Source: Candidatus Eremiobacteria bacterium (GTDB lineage Bacteria; Vulcanimicrobiota; Vulcanimicrobiia; Vulcanimicrobiales; Vulcanimicrobiaceae). Taken from it: DNA of 64,000 nt. Positions 18,365 to 28,668 of this stretch are shown here, piece after piece. Under the pieces are notes generated by a model. The model ran no database searches. It saw only the letters and a list, made by a program, of their open reading frames with translations, and had not been told where the DNA came from. Within the stretch, counting starts at the first letter, position 1; each line of letters begins with the position of its first letter. The position numbers were made by a program, and so were the translations under genes. The stretch lies in contig CAVWUU010000004.1 of the NCBI GenBank assembly GCA_963758295.1, positions 768,001 through 832,000 of the forward strand, written 5' to 3'.

Positions 18365-19006
18365 ATGGCCAACGAACACCACAGCCTCGCAACGTACGTT
18401 AGCGATATGCTCGCGTTGGAGCGGCATATACGCATCCCGTTCGACACGCAGCGCAACGATCATGATTTCAAGGAGTTCAACGACAGTTATCAGCTCGTAA
18501 CGCGTCTTTCGGCGCTATCAGATACTCATATCGACGGCCTGAAAGCCATGCTCGACGCCCTCGGCGGCCAGGAGGCCTCTCCGATCAAGAGTGCCGTGAG
18601 CGAGATCGAAGGCGCGGTTGCCGGCGCTATCGATAAGGTTCGGAAAACCAAAGTATCGAAGGCGCTTCGCGACGACTACACGGCGCTCTCGCTTTGCAGC
18701 GTCAGCTATTCAGCGCTGCTCTCCACCGCGAACGCGTTAGGGAACAGCGAGGTCGCCGCTCTGGCGCAGCGGTTCCTTCAAGACTACGCGCAGAGCGTGA
18801 TGGATATCGGCGAAGCGATGCCGTCGATCGTCGTACAAGAATTGCGCGCGATCGATCTCGACGTCGACAGCAGCACCGTTGAAGCGAGCCGCCAACAAGT
18901 CACCGCAGCTTGGCTCGCATCCCGCCAGGGCCGCGATGAAACGACGACGTCTCGCGGCACGGTCGGTTCGACGCCGTTGCGAACGGACGTCGACGTTCCG
19001 CTCTAG
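18365..19006 (+). CDS. Ferritin-like four-helix protein (uncharacterised)
   Basis: [27 protein letters not shown]; helical pattern. Confidence 0.7.
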   Translation: MANEHHSLATYVSDMLALERHIRIPFDTQRNDHDFKEFNDSYQLVTRLSALSDTHIDGLKAMLDALGGQEASPIKSAVSEIEGAVAGAIDKVRKTKVSKALRDDYTALSLCSVSYSALLSTANALGNSEVAALAQRFLQDYAQSVMDIGEAMPSIVVQELRAIDLDVDSSTVEASRQQVTAAWLASRQGRDETTTSRGTVGSTPLRTDVDVPL

Positions 19007-19416
19007 TGCGTATCTCGTGCGAAGTTCAGCGAGAGCGAGTTGATGCAATACCGGGTGCCTAACGGACCCGGACCGTCATCGAAAACGTGGCCGAGGTGCG
19101 AGTCGCAACGCTTGCAGCGCACCTCGGTGCGTACCATTCCGTGGGCTCGGTCTTCCAAGAGGCGCACGTTCTGTTGTTCGCTCGGTTGCGTGAAACTGGG
19201 CCACCCGCAGTGCGAGTCGAACTTCGAGTCGGATTTGAACAGTTCGGCGCCACACGCGCCGCACAAATACGTTCCGTCATCGCGCATCTCCAGCAACTCA
19301 CCGGTAAACGGCCGTTCCGTTCCCGCTTCGCGCAAGACATAGTAGCGCTCCGGCCCAAGTTCGGAGCGCCACTCGGCGTTGCTTTTTACAACCTGCGGTT
19401 CAGTATCGTGTTTCAT
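19003..19416 (-). CDS. msrB: Peptide methionine-R-sulfoxide reductase
   Basis: [30 protein letters not shown]; start ATG 19416. Confidence 0.95.
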   Translation of the reverse strand: MKHDTEPQVVKSNAEWRSELGPERYYVLREAGTERPFTGELLEMRDDGTYLCGACGAELFKSDSKFDSHCGWPSFTQPSEQQNVRLLEDRAHGMVRTEVRCKRCDSHLGHVFDDGPGPLGTRYCINSLSLNFARDTH

Positions 19417-19536
19417 CTCACTCTTTGAACGCCGCTCAGCGCCAACCGGATGCATTCCGGCAAACGAGCGCAGGCTTCGAAGTTTAGAGCGTGGCTGCTT
19501 GCGGATAAGGTGCAAACATCGTACGACCAACGGAGG

Positions 19537-19890
19537 ATGGCGAGCATCTTGAAAATTCAACGGTTTTTCGCAGCGGCCGTGTTTGCGGCCCTGACCGTAA
19601 CGCTGCCGAGCTATGCCCTCGCGCAGACGGCAACCGACACGTCGAACCCAACCGATACATCGAGCCCGATGACGACCGCAACTCCCGCGCCGGTGGATAC
19701 CAGCGGCGCAACCGCGTCCGCGGTGCCGGCGGATCAAACCGGAACGACGACCGGAACCGGAACGACCAGCACAACGACGACGGACAACTCGGGCGGCGGC
19801 CGCTGGGGCTGGCTGGGATTGATCGGCCTGCTCGGACTTTTCGGCCTGCGCGGGGGTTCTTCGTCGAGCACGACGACGTACAACCGATAA
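19537..19890 (+). CDS. Thr-rich secreted protein with WGxxGxxG C-terminal motif
   Basis: Signal peptide ending ALA-Q, Thr/Asp/Pro low-complexity core, [17 protein letters not shown]. Confidence 0.8.
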   Translation: MASILKIQRFFAAAVFAALTVTLPSYALAQTATDTSNPTDTSSPMTTATPAPVDTSGATASAVPADQTGTTTGTGTTSTTTTDNSGGGRWGWLGLIGLLGLFGLRGGSSSSTTTYNR

Positions 19891-19896
19891 AAAAAT

Positions 19897-19937
19897 AATG
19901 AAGAACTCCCCGCGTTTTGCGCGGGGAGTTCTTCATT
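19897..19937. terminator. Bidirectional intrinsic terminator
   Basis: AATGAAGAACTCCCCGCG/CGCGGGGAGTTCTTCATT perfect stem between convergent genes, A/T flanks. Confidence 0.85.
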
Positions 19938-19961
19938 TTATCTATGTGTGCGTTCGCGCTC

Positions 19962-20762
19962 TCAATGTTGTTCGTAGAAGTGCACGTTAGGGAGAGTAAC
20001 CGGATACACCGGTCCCACTTCGACGAAGACTACTTCGTACGAGTAGATCGGAATGTTGTTTGCATCGGTGCCGTAAAACGTCAAGTCTTTTGCGGGTACC
20101 GTGCCGTGTCCGGAATCGCCTCGATACAGCTGGCCCGTGGTGAAGATGCGGACCGGTCCGCTGAAGGGTCCGAACTGGTTCGCATTTACCGTAACGCCCC
20201 AGATATCGAACATCGTCTTGAGGGTGTACATCGTGGCGGTAATAGGAAGGTTCTGCGGGTTAGGATCTTCGACGTGAATGAGTCCGCTCGCGTCGTGGCT
20301 GTGAATGTGATAGAAGCACGTCGCGTAGTTGACGAATCCGCGGCTATCTGCCGCATGCGGGTCCTTCATGCCGATCGCCGCCGGCGTCGCGACTTGCTTT
20401 CCGTTTACGAAAATGCCCAGGTAGAAATGAACGTGGTAGTTATTCGACATGGTGGGATCGCAGGAAACGCCGTCGACGGTCTGCCCTTGACCGCCGTTGC
20501 TCGAATCGCCGCGATTTGGATTGAATTGATCGGCCTCGCCGATCACTCCACCGGGCGTTGTAACCAAGGTTTGAGATGAAGCCCCGGGTGGAGCGGGTGT
20601 TGGAGTGGGAGGCGCAGCAGTGCCCGGAGTCGCAGGGCCGCCGGGTTGGTTGGGAACGACGCCGGGAGACGAATTTCCGGCTCCGCCGCCGCCTCCGCAA
20701 CCCGAAAGCAACGCGACTGCCGCGAATACTGCCAGCGCGAACTGCGGCAAGTATCGCTTCAT
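19962..20762 (-). CDS. Lipoprotein of unknown function, His-rich core
   Basis: Lipobox LLSGC, Pro/Thr linker, YHVHF and CFYHIHSHDASGLIHVE. Confidence 0.8.
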   Translation of the reverse strand: MKRYLPQFALAVFAAVALLSGCGGGGGAGNSSPGVVPNQPGGPATPGTAAPPTPTPAPPGASSQTLVTTPGGVIGEADQFNPNRGDSSNGGQGQTVDGVSCDPTMSNNYHVHFYLGIFVNGKQVATPAAIGMKDPHAADSRGFVNYATCFYHIHSHDASGLIHVEDPNPQNLPITATMYTLKTMFDIWGVTVNANQFGPFSGPVRIFTTGQLYRGDSGHGTVPAKDLTFYGTDANNIPIYSYEVVFVEVGPVYPVTLPNVHFYEQH

Positions 20763-20930
20763 GCCCCGTATCGTGACGAATCGTTCGAGAGCGCCGAAAG
20801 GCCCGCGCGGGCAGCTTCGTTGGGGCTTTAGTCGCAAAGCTCGGGCTTTTAGGCTCGAAGAAAAACCGTGCGGCCGCCCTGGACTTCAAAACATAAACCG
20901 CACGGCTAATCGCCATGCGGCCTTTCAAAC

Positions 20931-21005
20931 TGGAGCCGTTGACGGGGATTGAACCCGTGACCTCATCATTACCAATGATGTGCTCTACCACTGAGCTACA
21001 ACGGC
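20931..21005 (-). tRNA. tRNA-Thr(GGT)
   Basis: GCCGTTGTAGCTCAGTGGTAGAGCACATCATTGGTAATGATGAGGTCACGGGTTCAATCCCCGTCAACGGCTCCA cloverleaf with CCA. Confidence 0.97.
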
Positions 21006-21210
21006 AATTTCCGGCGCTTTACGTACTCCAGAGCACAGAACTCCCCCTACCGGCCGGGGTGCTTTTGTTTAGTCGAAACCGCTGCGCAAAACGAGTGCCG
21101 CGATTGACCGTTGCGGTGGACGTGCACACGCCACGCAGCAATCAGATCGTAACCGTGATTTTCGCCATTAAGCCGGCGTACGAAACGGAATTGCCAACTG
21201 GGTGGCACAA

Positions 21211-21284
21211 TGGAGCGGGCGGCGGGAATCGAACCCGCGCTGTCTGCTTGGAAGGCAGAAGCACTACCACTATGCAACGCCCGC
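21211..21284 (-). tRNA. tRNA-Gly(TCC)
   Basis: GCGGGCG acceptor, loop CTTCCAA, GGTTCGATTCC, CCA end. Confidence 0.97.
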
Positions 21285-21292
21285 ATAGAAAC

Positions 21293-21380
21293 TGGTGGGC
21301 AGGGCTGGATTCGAACCAGCGTAGCGCGTTAGCGCGCCAGATTTACAGTCTGGTGCCATTAACCACTCGGCCACCTACCC
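21293..21380 (-). tRNA. tRNA-Tyr(GTA)
   Basis: Loop CTGTAAA, long variable arm, GGTTCGAATCC, ACCA end. Confidence 0.97.
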
Positions 21381-21400
21381 ACGCGTCACGGCACCACGGT

Positions 21401-21429
21401 ACGATACCACGGGCCCGGAGTCCTCGCAA
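21401..21429 (-). promoter_or_regulatory. Sigma70-type promoter of tRNA cluster
   Basis: TTGCGA-N17-TATCGT with TG extension, 20 nt upstream of tRNA-Tyr. Confidence 0.55.
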
Positions 21430-21433
21430 GGCC

Positions 21434-21880
21434 TTAAGCCGTGAGCGGCGCGTTGTATTTGTAGAAGTGTCCTTCACGCGTCCAGCCGGCCTTTTCGTAG
21501 ACCGCTTGCGCCGTGAAATTGTCAATCGCCGTTTCGAGAAACATGCCGGTCGCATGAGTTTCGCGCGCCAATGCAATTGCCGCGTTCAGCAGCATTGTCG
21601 CCGCTCCGGTTCGCCTCGCAGACGGTGCAACGAAAAGGTCTTCGAGAATCAAGGCCTTGCCGAGATGCACCAAACTGTACGTCGGAAAGAGCTGCATGAA
21701 GGCAATGGGGTTTGCGTCCTGTGTCGCAACGTAGACGACGCTGCTCCCATTCTGAAGGTGCTCCTGCATAAATTGCCGCTCCGCTTCAGGATCGGAGTCC
21801 TGTTTGTAAAATCGGCGATAACCCCACACGAGGGGCAATAAGCCCTCGAGATCGTCCAGGTCCGCTTTGCGAATCTCCAT
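21434..21880 (-). CDS. GNAT acetyltransferase
   Basis: LEDLFVAPSARRTGAA, NFTAQAVYEKAGW. Confidence 0.9.
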   Translation of the reverse strand: MEIRKADLDDLEGLLPLVWGYRRFYKQDSDPEAERQFMQEHLQNGSSVVYVATQDANPIAFMQLFPTYSLVHLGKALILEDLFVAPSARRTGAATMLLNAAIALARETHATGMFLETAIDNFTAQAVYEKAGWTREGHFYKYNAPLTA

Positions 21881-21969
21881 ATTGCGTAAGTACTTCTTCA
21901 AACCTTAAAAATACTACGCCCCGCCGTTCGAACGAAGCGGCGGGGCGCATGACGTTCGTTCCGGAAACC

Positions 21970-24900
21970 TTACATCCGAATCTTCACGTTGAAATAGACC
22001 GAGAATGGGTTAAGCGTTGAACTCGTGGCGTCGTTGTACGTGCCGAAAACCGGTTCGTACGGATACTGAAGGAAGGTCTGCACGTTGTCGCCGGGGTTGT
22101 ACACGTTGCCCGTCGGGTTCACCAGCTCCTGACCCACCGGTCCGTAACTGCACACGTTCTTGCTCCAGTAATACGTGAATCTGGTTTGCTGGCCGCCAAA
22201 GCACGTGCTCAGCAGATTTGCGAACGTGACATTCGCCGACACGCGCGGGCTGAAGTCGTACGAGATACGCAAGTGTCCGAGCAGTTGAGCCGGCTGCCGG
22301 AAGGCCCCGATGGCATCGAATTGCCCCGTGTACGGATCGGGGATAGAGGAGAGTTGTGCGGTGCACGAAGTCGCATCATACGGCGAGCCTCCGGCCGCAC
22401 CGTATGGATAGCGCGGGTCGGCGGTCGTCGAACTTGCCAACCCGGCGGTGCACGACGTCGGATCGATGCCGGGCGTGGTTTCCGGTGCGCCGTAGCGATT
22501 GCCGGCCACGTATTGGAAGGACGGCGAGATTGCGAGCTTGTGTCGTTTGTACTGCAAAATCAACGTCGCAACATACGGATACGTGTACGCATTAACACCG
22601 CTCCCTACGCCGCCGGGGATTGTCGAATAAGGAAGATAGCTGGCGTTCGGATCGAGCAAGTACTGCCCGGTTCCCTTCCAGTATGGATTTGCAATCGAGC
22701 CGGCAGCGCAGGTTGCATCGGCGGTGCCGCTTGTCGTATAGCACGGTGAAGCCGGCTGGCCGTTTGCCGTCGCTCCGCACATTGCTTGCCCGAACTGCGT
22801 CTTTCCAGCTAACGCGCCTCCCGGCGCGCAGTCCTTCGTAAACGCATTATAGTTCGCGATATCGGCGTTGATGGGGCTTAAGATCGTCGTACCGTTCCCG
22901 AGATTGCTGAACTTCAGATCAGCGTAGGTATACGCAAAGCCGACTTGTGCAGCGAACCCGTCGCGATCGAAGCTACCCTTCGTGAAGGCGAATTCGAATC
23001 CGCGCGACGTTTGCTGTCCGGCGTTCAGACCGGAGACGAAGCCCTGTTTGATGTTCAGATAGAAGTTTTCGATTTGATCGTGGGTCTGCCGGAAGAACGG
23101 CGTAAGCTTCATCGACATGTCGGTGCCTTTGAAGTGATGCTCGAGCGAAAGATCGGCGTTATACGAAACCGGAGGTCGCACTTCATGGCCCGGGGTACGG
23201 AAGTTCAGCGAATAGAACTGTGCCAGCTGATCGGGCAGATTTTGATTGAGCGCATCGTATTGCTCGTAAGCGGCCGACGGCTGCTCGATGTACTTGCCGA
23301 AGCTCGCACGTACCACGGTATCCGGGCTCACCGTATAAGTCGTTCCGATGCGAGGCTGGAAGATATTGTACGTAAACGTCTGGCTCGCAATGTTATTCAG
23401 CTGCGCGTTAACGTATTGCGGCCCCGCGGACGCACAAGGATTGGTAATCGGAATCGAAGACCCGTCCGCAAGCAGCGTCTTATCGTACAGCGTCAGATTC
23501 TGCGAGTCGTAACACGTGTCGTTATTGAACGCGTTGAACCAGAAGGCACGCGCGGGAGATCCCGTCGTATTATCGCCAATGTATTTATACTGATCTAACC
23601 GAACGCCGAGGTTGATCAAAAACTTTTCACTTGGACGCCATTCGTCCGTAAGCGAATAGCCGGTAAACACCGGCTTCACGGTATTGTACTTACCGGAAAG
23701 CCCATTCTCCACCGTGTAGAGCGCGCACGGACCCGAGCCGCACGTATAGGTAGATAGCACCGACGACGTAAGCGGATTGCCGTTGGCATCCGCAATCGTC
23801 GGCGTCCCGGCCGTCTGCGTTGCCGCATACGTGCCGGCGAGCGACGCGAAAGTTGCGGCGGTTCCAATGCCAACGGTGTTTCCGGTACCGCAGGTAGTTG
23901 CTGCGGCCGGGCCGCCGGCGCCACCGAGCGCATAGCACGTGCCGCTCGTGAGATCGTTCGGGTTGACGACGACGGCAAAGCTATCCGCCGTATCGTAGAC
24001 TTGATCGCTGTTCATACGCAGCGACGTCGCCGTGACGTACGAGGCTGCGGCTTGTACGAGATGCTTGGAACCAAACTGCTTCGTGAAGTTGGCGCTAACG
24101 CCGCGAGTGTGCGAGTTCAACTCATAGTCACCGGAATCGTAGCCGGTGATGGGTTGCCATGAAGAAACGGCGCCGGCAGCATTATAATCGGAGTAGTACG
24201 TGTAGCCGTATACTCGAAGGAACGAGTCGCTGCTGAAGGCGTGCTGGTATTGGAGCTTCGCTATCGCCTGATTGTTATATTGTAAATCGCGCGTATTCAA
24301 CGGCAACGACGCCCCGAAGTCGCGATTCTGCGGCGATGACGGGAAGAAATACGGCACGACTTGCGACGCGCTCGCATCGGTCATGAAGGCTCCGAGTGCG
24401 CCGTTGTACTGGTAGCTATCGACGTACGACGGCGTCCCGTATTGTAAATTGTAGAGGCCTTCGTCCAGGGCCGAAATGTACAGCGGCGTCTGGATGGAGT
24501 CGTTGTCGTAGAGCAGTTGGACGTCATCGTGCAGGCCGCTGTTCTTATGCGGGATGGCAATGTGAAAATTGAAGACCGCAGTCCGCTCGAGAATGCTCTT
24601 CGGATTGTTGCCGAAGGCCGGCGGCCCAAGGACGTATCCGGCCGCGCCGGCTTGGCTCACGTTCGGAACGCCGTTGGTAAAGCACGATGGCGGAGCGGGC
24701 GTCCCAAGGGGCTGTGCGCAGTAGTCTACGGGCGGCCCAAACTCGTTTGCAAGACCGGCACCGTCGAATTGATCGATGTAGCGATGTTCTTGATTGAAGC
24801 CACCGATGCCGACGTAGTAGCTGAAGCGCCGGTCCGGCGTCGCGCCGCCGGCTTCGAATTGGAGACTGTGATAGTACGTCGGCGCGCCGACCGTTCCATC

Positions 24901-25680
24901 GAACGAAGCGTACCCCGGCGAGGTGCCGGTCTTAATGACTTGGTTGATGAAGCCGGCGAGACCCTGCGCTTCCGCGTCGGCCGGCGCAGCGCCGGTATAG
25001 ACTTGCAATTCCACTTGGCCGAGCGACGATGCCGAACCCGACGGATAATTGTCGAACGCGCGGTTGACCGGAATACCGTCGAACTCGTATCCGACTTCGC
25101 TCGAATCACCGCCGCGAACGTGAACGGCCTGATTGTATCCGTTCTGATTCGACGGCACGTAAGCGCCGGGAACCGAGGCGATAGCGGAATACGCGCTATT
25201 TAGATTTCCGCCGCCGCCCAGGACGTTCGTGCGTTCTTGTTGCGCGGCGTTCACGGAGTAAAGATCCGCCGTCGTGCCCGAGCGCACCAGATCGCCGGCG
25301 CTGTGCGAGGTGACCGTTGCAATCGTCTTAAGCGATTTGCGCATGGTTATCGGAACGATTTGCGAAGCGTCCGCAAATACGGCAATGCCCGAAAGCGCAA
25401 GGTTGTCGAAGCCGTTCTTTTGGACAGCAATAGTGTACTCGTCGGGCGGGAGCGAGACGAAGGCGTAATGTCCGCCCGCATCCGTCGTTACCGTAACCGT
25501 TTCCGAGGGACTTGTCGCCGTGACCGCGGCGCCCGCAATCGGCGCACGCGACTCGTCGGTAACGACGCCACTTATGGTTCCCGTCGTTCCCGCTAGAGTC
25601 AATGCCGGGACGGCAGTTAGGACAAACGCACAGGTCAGGACCGTGGTGAGGATCTTCCGAAGGGATCGCCAGGATAACAT
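21970..25680 (-). CDS. TonB-dependent receptor with N-terminal carboxypeptidase-regulatory-like domain
   Basis: Signal peptide, GTISGVVTD, plug VRGG..GYEFDGIP, NLGVRLD, QPRIG, C-terminal beta-strand VYFNVKIRM. Confidence 0.9.
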   Translation of the reverse strand: MLSWRSLRKILTTVLTCAFVLTAVPALTLAGTTGTISGVVTDESRAPIAGAAVTATSPSETVTVTTDAGGHYAFVSLPPDEYTIAVQKNGFDNLALSGIAVFADASQIVPITMRKSLKTIATVTSHSAGDLVRSGTTADLYSVNAAQQERTNVLGGGGNLNSAYSAIASVPGAYVPSNQNGYNQAVHVRGGDSSEVGYEFDGIPVNRAFDNYPSGSASSLGQVELQVYTGAAPADAEAQGLAGFINQVIKTGTSPGYASFDGTVGAPTYYHSLQFEAGGATPDRRFSYYVGIGGFNQEHRYIDQFDGAGLANEFGPPVDYCAQPLGTPAPPSCFTNGVPNVSQAGAAGYVLGPPAFGNNPKSILERTAVFNFHIAIPHKNSGLHDDVQLLYDNDSIQTPLYISALDEGLYNLQYGTPSYVDSYQYNGALGAFMTDASASQVVPYFFPSSPQNRDFGASLPLNTRDLQYNNQAIAKLQYQHAFSSDSFLRVYGYTYYSDYNAAGAVSSWQPITGYDSGDYELNSHTRGVSANFTKQFGSKHLVQAAASYVTATSLRMNSDQVYDTADSFAVVVNPNDLTSGTCYALGGAGGPAAATTCGTGNTVGIGTAATFASLAGTYAATQTAGTPTIADANGNPLTSSVLSTYTCGSGPCALYTVENGLSGKYNTVKPVFTGYSLTDEWRPSEKFLINLGVRLDQYKYIGDNTTGSPARAFWFNAFNNDTCYDSQNLTLYDKTLLADGSSIPITNPCASAGPQYVNAQLNNIASQTFTYNIFQPRIGTTYTVSPDTVVRASFGKYIEQPSAAYEQYDALNQNLPDQLAQFYSLNFRTPGHEVRPPVSYNADLSLEHHFKGTDMSMKLTPFFRQTHDQIENFYLNIKQGFVSGLNAGQQTSRGFEFAFTKGSFDRDGFAAQVGFAYTYADLKFSNLGNGTTILSPINADIANYNAFTKDCAPGGALAGKTQFGQAMCGATANGQPASPCYTTSGTADATCAAGSIANPYWKGTGQYLLDPNASYLPYSTIPGGVGSGVNAYTYPYVATLILQYKRHKLAISPSFQYVAGNRYGAPETTPGIDPTSCTAGLASSTTADPRYPYGAAGGSPYDATSCTAQLSSIPDPYTGQFDAIGAFRQPAQLLGHLRISYDFSPRVSANVTFANLLSTCFGGQQTRFTYYWSKNVCSYGPVGQELVNPTGNVYNPGDNVQTFLQYPYEPVFGTYNDATSSTLNPFSVYFNVKIRM

Positions 25681-28640
25681 TAGCGGTGCTCCTCTAGGAA
25701 TGCATTGTACATCGCCAGCGCTCGTTCGAACTCCGTTCGCACGGCTTCGGCTTCACGGTAGTGTGGCGGCAGAGGCGGCCCCTGCGAAAGCCCAACGGTT
25801 CCGGCGAGAATCGTAAGCCTTTCGCGCAGGCGGTCGGGCACGAGTTGATCGTCTTCCGAGTTTCGAATGCCCGAGGTAAATGCGTGACGGACGCGCTCCA
25901 CGGCGGCAAGTTTTTCGCCGGTTGCGTGCACGCGAAGCGCATCGAGATGGTTGAGCGCGATGTCGATTTGATTCAGTTCGCCGTAGAGCTCCCGGATAAA
26001 CTCATAGCGGGAGACGTACTGCGCTTGCGTCCAATGCGCTCGCGGGTCCGGATGAATTTCGAGCGGCTGCGTCAGCACGTCCGGACCCGCTCGTAAACGC
26101 ACGCTGTATTTTCCAGGCACGGCGGCCGGTCCGTCCGAGGGCCCCTGATTCCAATCGCCGGTATCGTGCCATGGGACCGGCGGCGCATAAGCTAGATTCC
26201 AGGTGACCCGATTGAGACCGGGGTCGTTCGGTCCCGTGAAATGGCGCACGACCGACCCTTTTTCGTCTAGAATCTCGATGACCGGCGCAATCGTGGCTTT
26301 TGACGGAAGATAGTACGAAATAGCCGCCCCGTACGGTGGATCGAATGCGGCAAATTCGCCCGCGGGTGCGCAGCATTCGGTATCCCACGTTCCGTAAGAA
26401 CTCTTCCACCAGTAATACCACGCGTAGGTAGCCGGTGGCTGGAATAACATGGGCGCACGCGACTGCTCGGCCGCGGCAAGCTCTTCGATGGGCGTCAAAT
26501 CGTCGAAGACGTAAACGCCGCGTCCATGCGTGCCGGCGACGAGCGCCCGCGCTTGCGGTTGAACGCGCAGGTCGTGGACCGAAACGGCCGGCATATTGAG
26601 CTGCATCGGCCGCCAATGCGTGCCGCGATCGATACTGTACCACACTCCGCGTTCCAAGCCGGCATAAAGGACGTCGGCATTTTGCGGATCCTCGCGCACG
26701 GTGCGCGCGATGTCGCGTTTCGGTAATCCGTTCACGATGGCATACCAGCTTCTTCCCGCGTCGTTCGTCTCGATCACGTATGGCCGGCGATCTCCCATTA
26801 AGTGCCGGTCGACGACCGCATAGGCACGATCGACGGAAACGCGCGAAGGTTCGACTGTTTCGACGCGTCCCCACGGCGCTATCCACGACGGCGTAACGTT
26901 CGACCAGTGTACGCCGTGATCGACCGTTCGCTGAATCAATCCGTCATCGGTTCCCACCCACAGCACGTTTGCATCGACCGGCGAGGGAGCGATATCCAAA
27001 AGCGTATCGTAGAATTCGGCGCCCGAAATATCGGTGTTTATCGCCCCGCCCGAGAGCTGCTGCTTACTCGGGTCGTTGCGCGTGAGGTCGGGGCTTATCT
27101 CGGTCCACGTGCGGCCGCGATCCCGGGTTTCGAAAACGACGTTTCCGCCGAAGTATGCGACGCCCGGTTCCTTTGGCGAGAACGCAACCGGAGCTTCCCA
27201 ATTGAAGCGGTGCTTGAGCCCGGCAAGCGCGCGTCCGTTCGTATCGGTAACCTCGGGTGAAATATCGAGATTCTGCCGCGATGCGTAATCGTAAATGCCA
27301 AGCTGCCCGTTGAGCTCGTTGACGCCGACGTTCCAAACCGCTTGCGGATTGCCCGGTTCGGGCACGGCCCACACGCCGTCGGAGTCATTCGCTACGTCGC
27401 GCCAATCGGCGTTAAGCAATCCGAGCGGGCTCAAGCTCAGGTTCGGGGCGCAAAACGAATCGTCGTCCTGCATTGCAGCGCACACGTGAAACGGATTTTG
27501 CTCGTCGTAACCCACGTGATAAACCTGTGCGAGCGTTACGTTGAATCGCCAATCCCACGTTCGTCCGCCGTCGTTGGAGATCGGCGCCCCGCCGTCGTCC
27601 GCCTCGATGACTCGCCGGCCGTCGCGCGAGATCCACAAGCCGTGATGATCTTGATGCACGGCGTCGGTGATGTCGTGAAACGTCTTGCCGCCGTCGCGCG
27701 TCTCAATCAAGTTTTCGGATGAAAGAAAAACGTGATCGCGATTGGCGGGATCGACTTCCAAGCGGCTCATGTAGAACGGGCGCTGGTCGATCAACGTGTC
27801 GCGCGACATCAGCCGCCAGCGTTGGCCGCCATCGTCGGAACGCCAGAGCAGGCCGGCTTTCGACTGTATCAACGCGTAGACGCGATTCGGGTCGCCCGGC
27901 GCAACTGCAACACCGATTCTTCCCATAAGGCCTTGCGGTAAGCCGCGTCCTGAAAGGTGCTTCCATGTGGCTCCGCCGTCGTTAGATTTATAAAGGCCGT
28001 CTTCGGGGCCGCCGCTCGCGAACGTCCAAGGCTTACGCCGGAATTGCCATGCGCCGGCGAATACCGTCCGGCCGTCGCGCGTCGCAGCAAGATCGGAAAT
28101 GCCGCTTTGGGGTCCAACGTACAGCGTCCGTTTCCAATGCGCGCCGCCATCGGTCGTGCGATAGACGCCCCGATCGCTCGAATCGGCGAACGGATCGCCG
28201 AGCGCGCCTACAAGCGCGACGTTTGGGTTCTGCGGATCGACCGTAATGCGCGAGATGGCGTAGGTGTTTTCGAGCCCGGCATTCCGCCAGTGCGCGCCGC
28301 CGTCGCGCGAAATCCAAACGCCGTCACCGTAAGAAGCGTCGTTTCGCGGATTCGATTCACCGGTTCCCACCCACACGACGTTTCGATTCGACTTTGAGAC
28401 CGCGAGCGCACCGATGGCGCCCACAGATGACTGCGGCCACACGTCATTCCACGTGAGGCCGCCATTGGTCGTTTTGAACACTCCGCCACCGGCGGAGCCG
28501 AAATAATAGAGGAGCGAATCGCCGTCGCTGCCGCCCACCGCCGTGACGCGTCCTCCAGCCCCGGCGGGTCCAATCGCCCGCCAAGGTGGTGTCGCCGCGG
28601 ATCCTCGCGCGCTGCAGGCGGCTCCAACGATCGCCGCCAC
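25680..28640 (-). CDS. BNR/VPS10 (sortilin-like) beta-propeller protein, glycosyl hydrolase-like
   Basis: WRAIGP..GGRV, repeated SxDGGxTW Asp-boxes, RFNWEAP, GTHGRG; true start may be a few codons upstream. Confidence 0.88.
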   Translation of the reverse strand: MAAIVGAACSARGSAATPPWRAIGPAGAGGRVTAVGGSDGDSLLYYFGSAGGGVFKTTNGGLTWNDVWPQSSVGAIGALAVSKSNRNVVWVGTGESNPRNDASYGDGVWISRDGGAHWRNAGLENTYAISRITVDPQNPNVALVGALGDPFADSSDRGVYRTTDGGAHWKRTLYVGPQSGISDLAATRDGRTVFAGAWQFRRKPWTFASGGPEDGLYKSNDGGATWKHLSGRGLPQGLMGRIGVAVAPGDPNRVYALIQSKAGLLWRSDDGGQRWRLMSRDTLIDQRPFYMSRLEVDPANRDHVFLSSENLIETRDGGKTFHDITDAVHQDHHGLWISRDGRRVIEADDGGAPISNDGGRTWDWRFNVTLAQVYHVGYDEQNPFHVCAAMQDDDSFCAPNLSLSPLGLLNADWRDVANDSDGVWAVPEPGNPQAVWNVGVNELNGQLGIYDYASRQNLDISPEVTDTNGRALAGLKHRFNWEAPVAFSPKEPGVAYFGGNVVFETRDRGRTWTEISPDLTRNDPSKQQLSGGAINTDISGAEFYDTLLDIAPSPVDANVLWVGTDDGLIQRTVDHGVHWSNVTPSWIAPWGRVETVEPSRVSVDRAYAVVDRHLMGDRRPYVIETNDAGRSWYAIVNGLPKRDIARTVREDPQNADVLYAGLERGVWYSIDRGTHWRPMQLNMPAVSVHDLRVQPQARALVAGTHGRGVYVFDDLTPIEELAAAEQSRAPMLFQPPATYAWYYWWKSSYGTWDTECCAPAGEFAAFDPPYGAAISYYLPSKATIAPVIEILDEKGSVVRHFTGPNDPGLNRVTWNLAYAPPVPWHDTGDWNQGPSDGPAAVPGKYSVRLRAGPDVLTQPLEIHPDPRAHWTQAQYVSRYEFIRELYGELNQIDIALNHLDALRVHATGEKLAAVERVRHAFTSGIRNSEDDQLVPDRLRERLTILAGTVGLSQGPPLPPHYREAEAVRTEFERALAMYNAFLEEHR

Positions 28641-28668
28641 CGCGACCCATCGTTTTAAGATGATCGCG

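Noticed and set aside
21006..21210. Small gene in the tRNA Gly-Thr spacer
   Set aside because: Only an 8-codon ORF (MAKITVTI) without RBS; no recognisable RNA motif
20915..21841. 308-aa plus-strand ORF
   Set aside because: Antisense to three tRNAs and the GNAT gene
26002..26886. 294-aa alternative-frame ORF in the VPS10 gene
   Set aside because: Arg-rich off-frame translation without motifs
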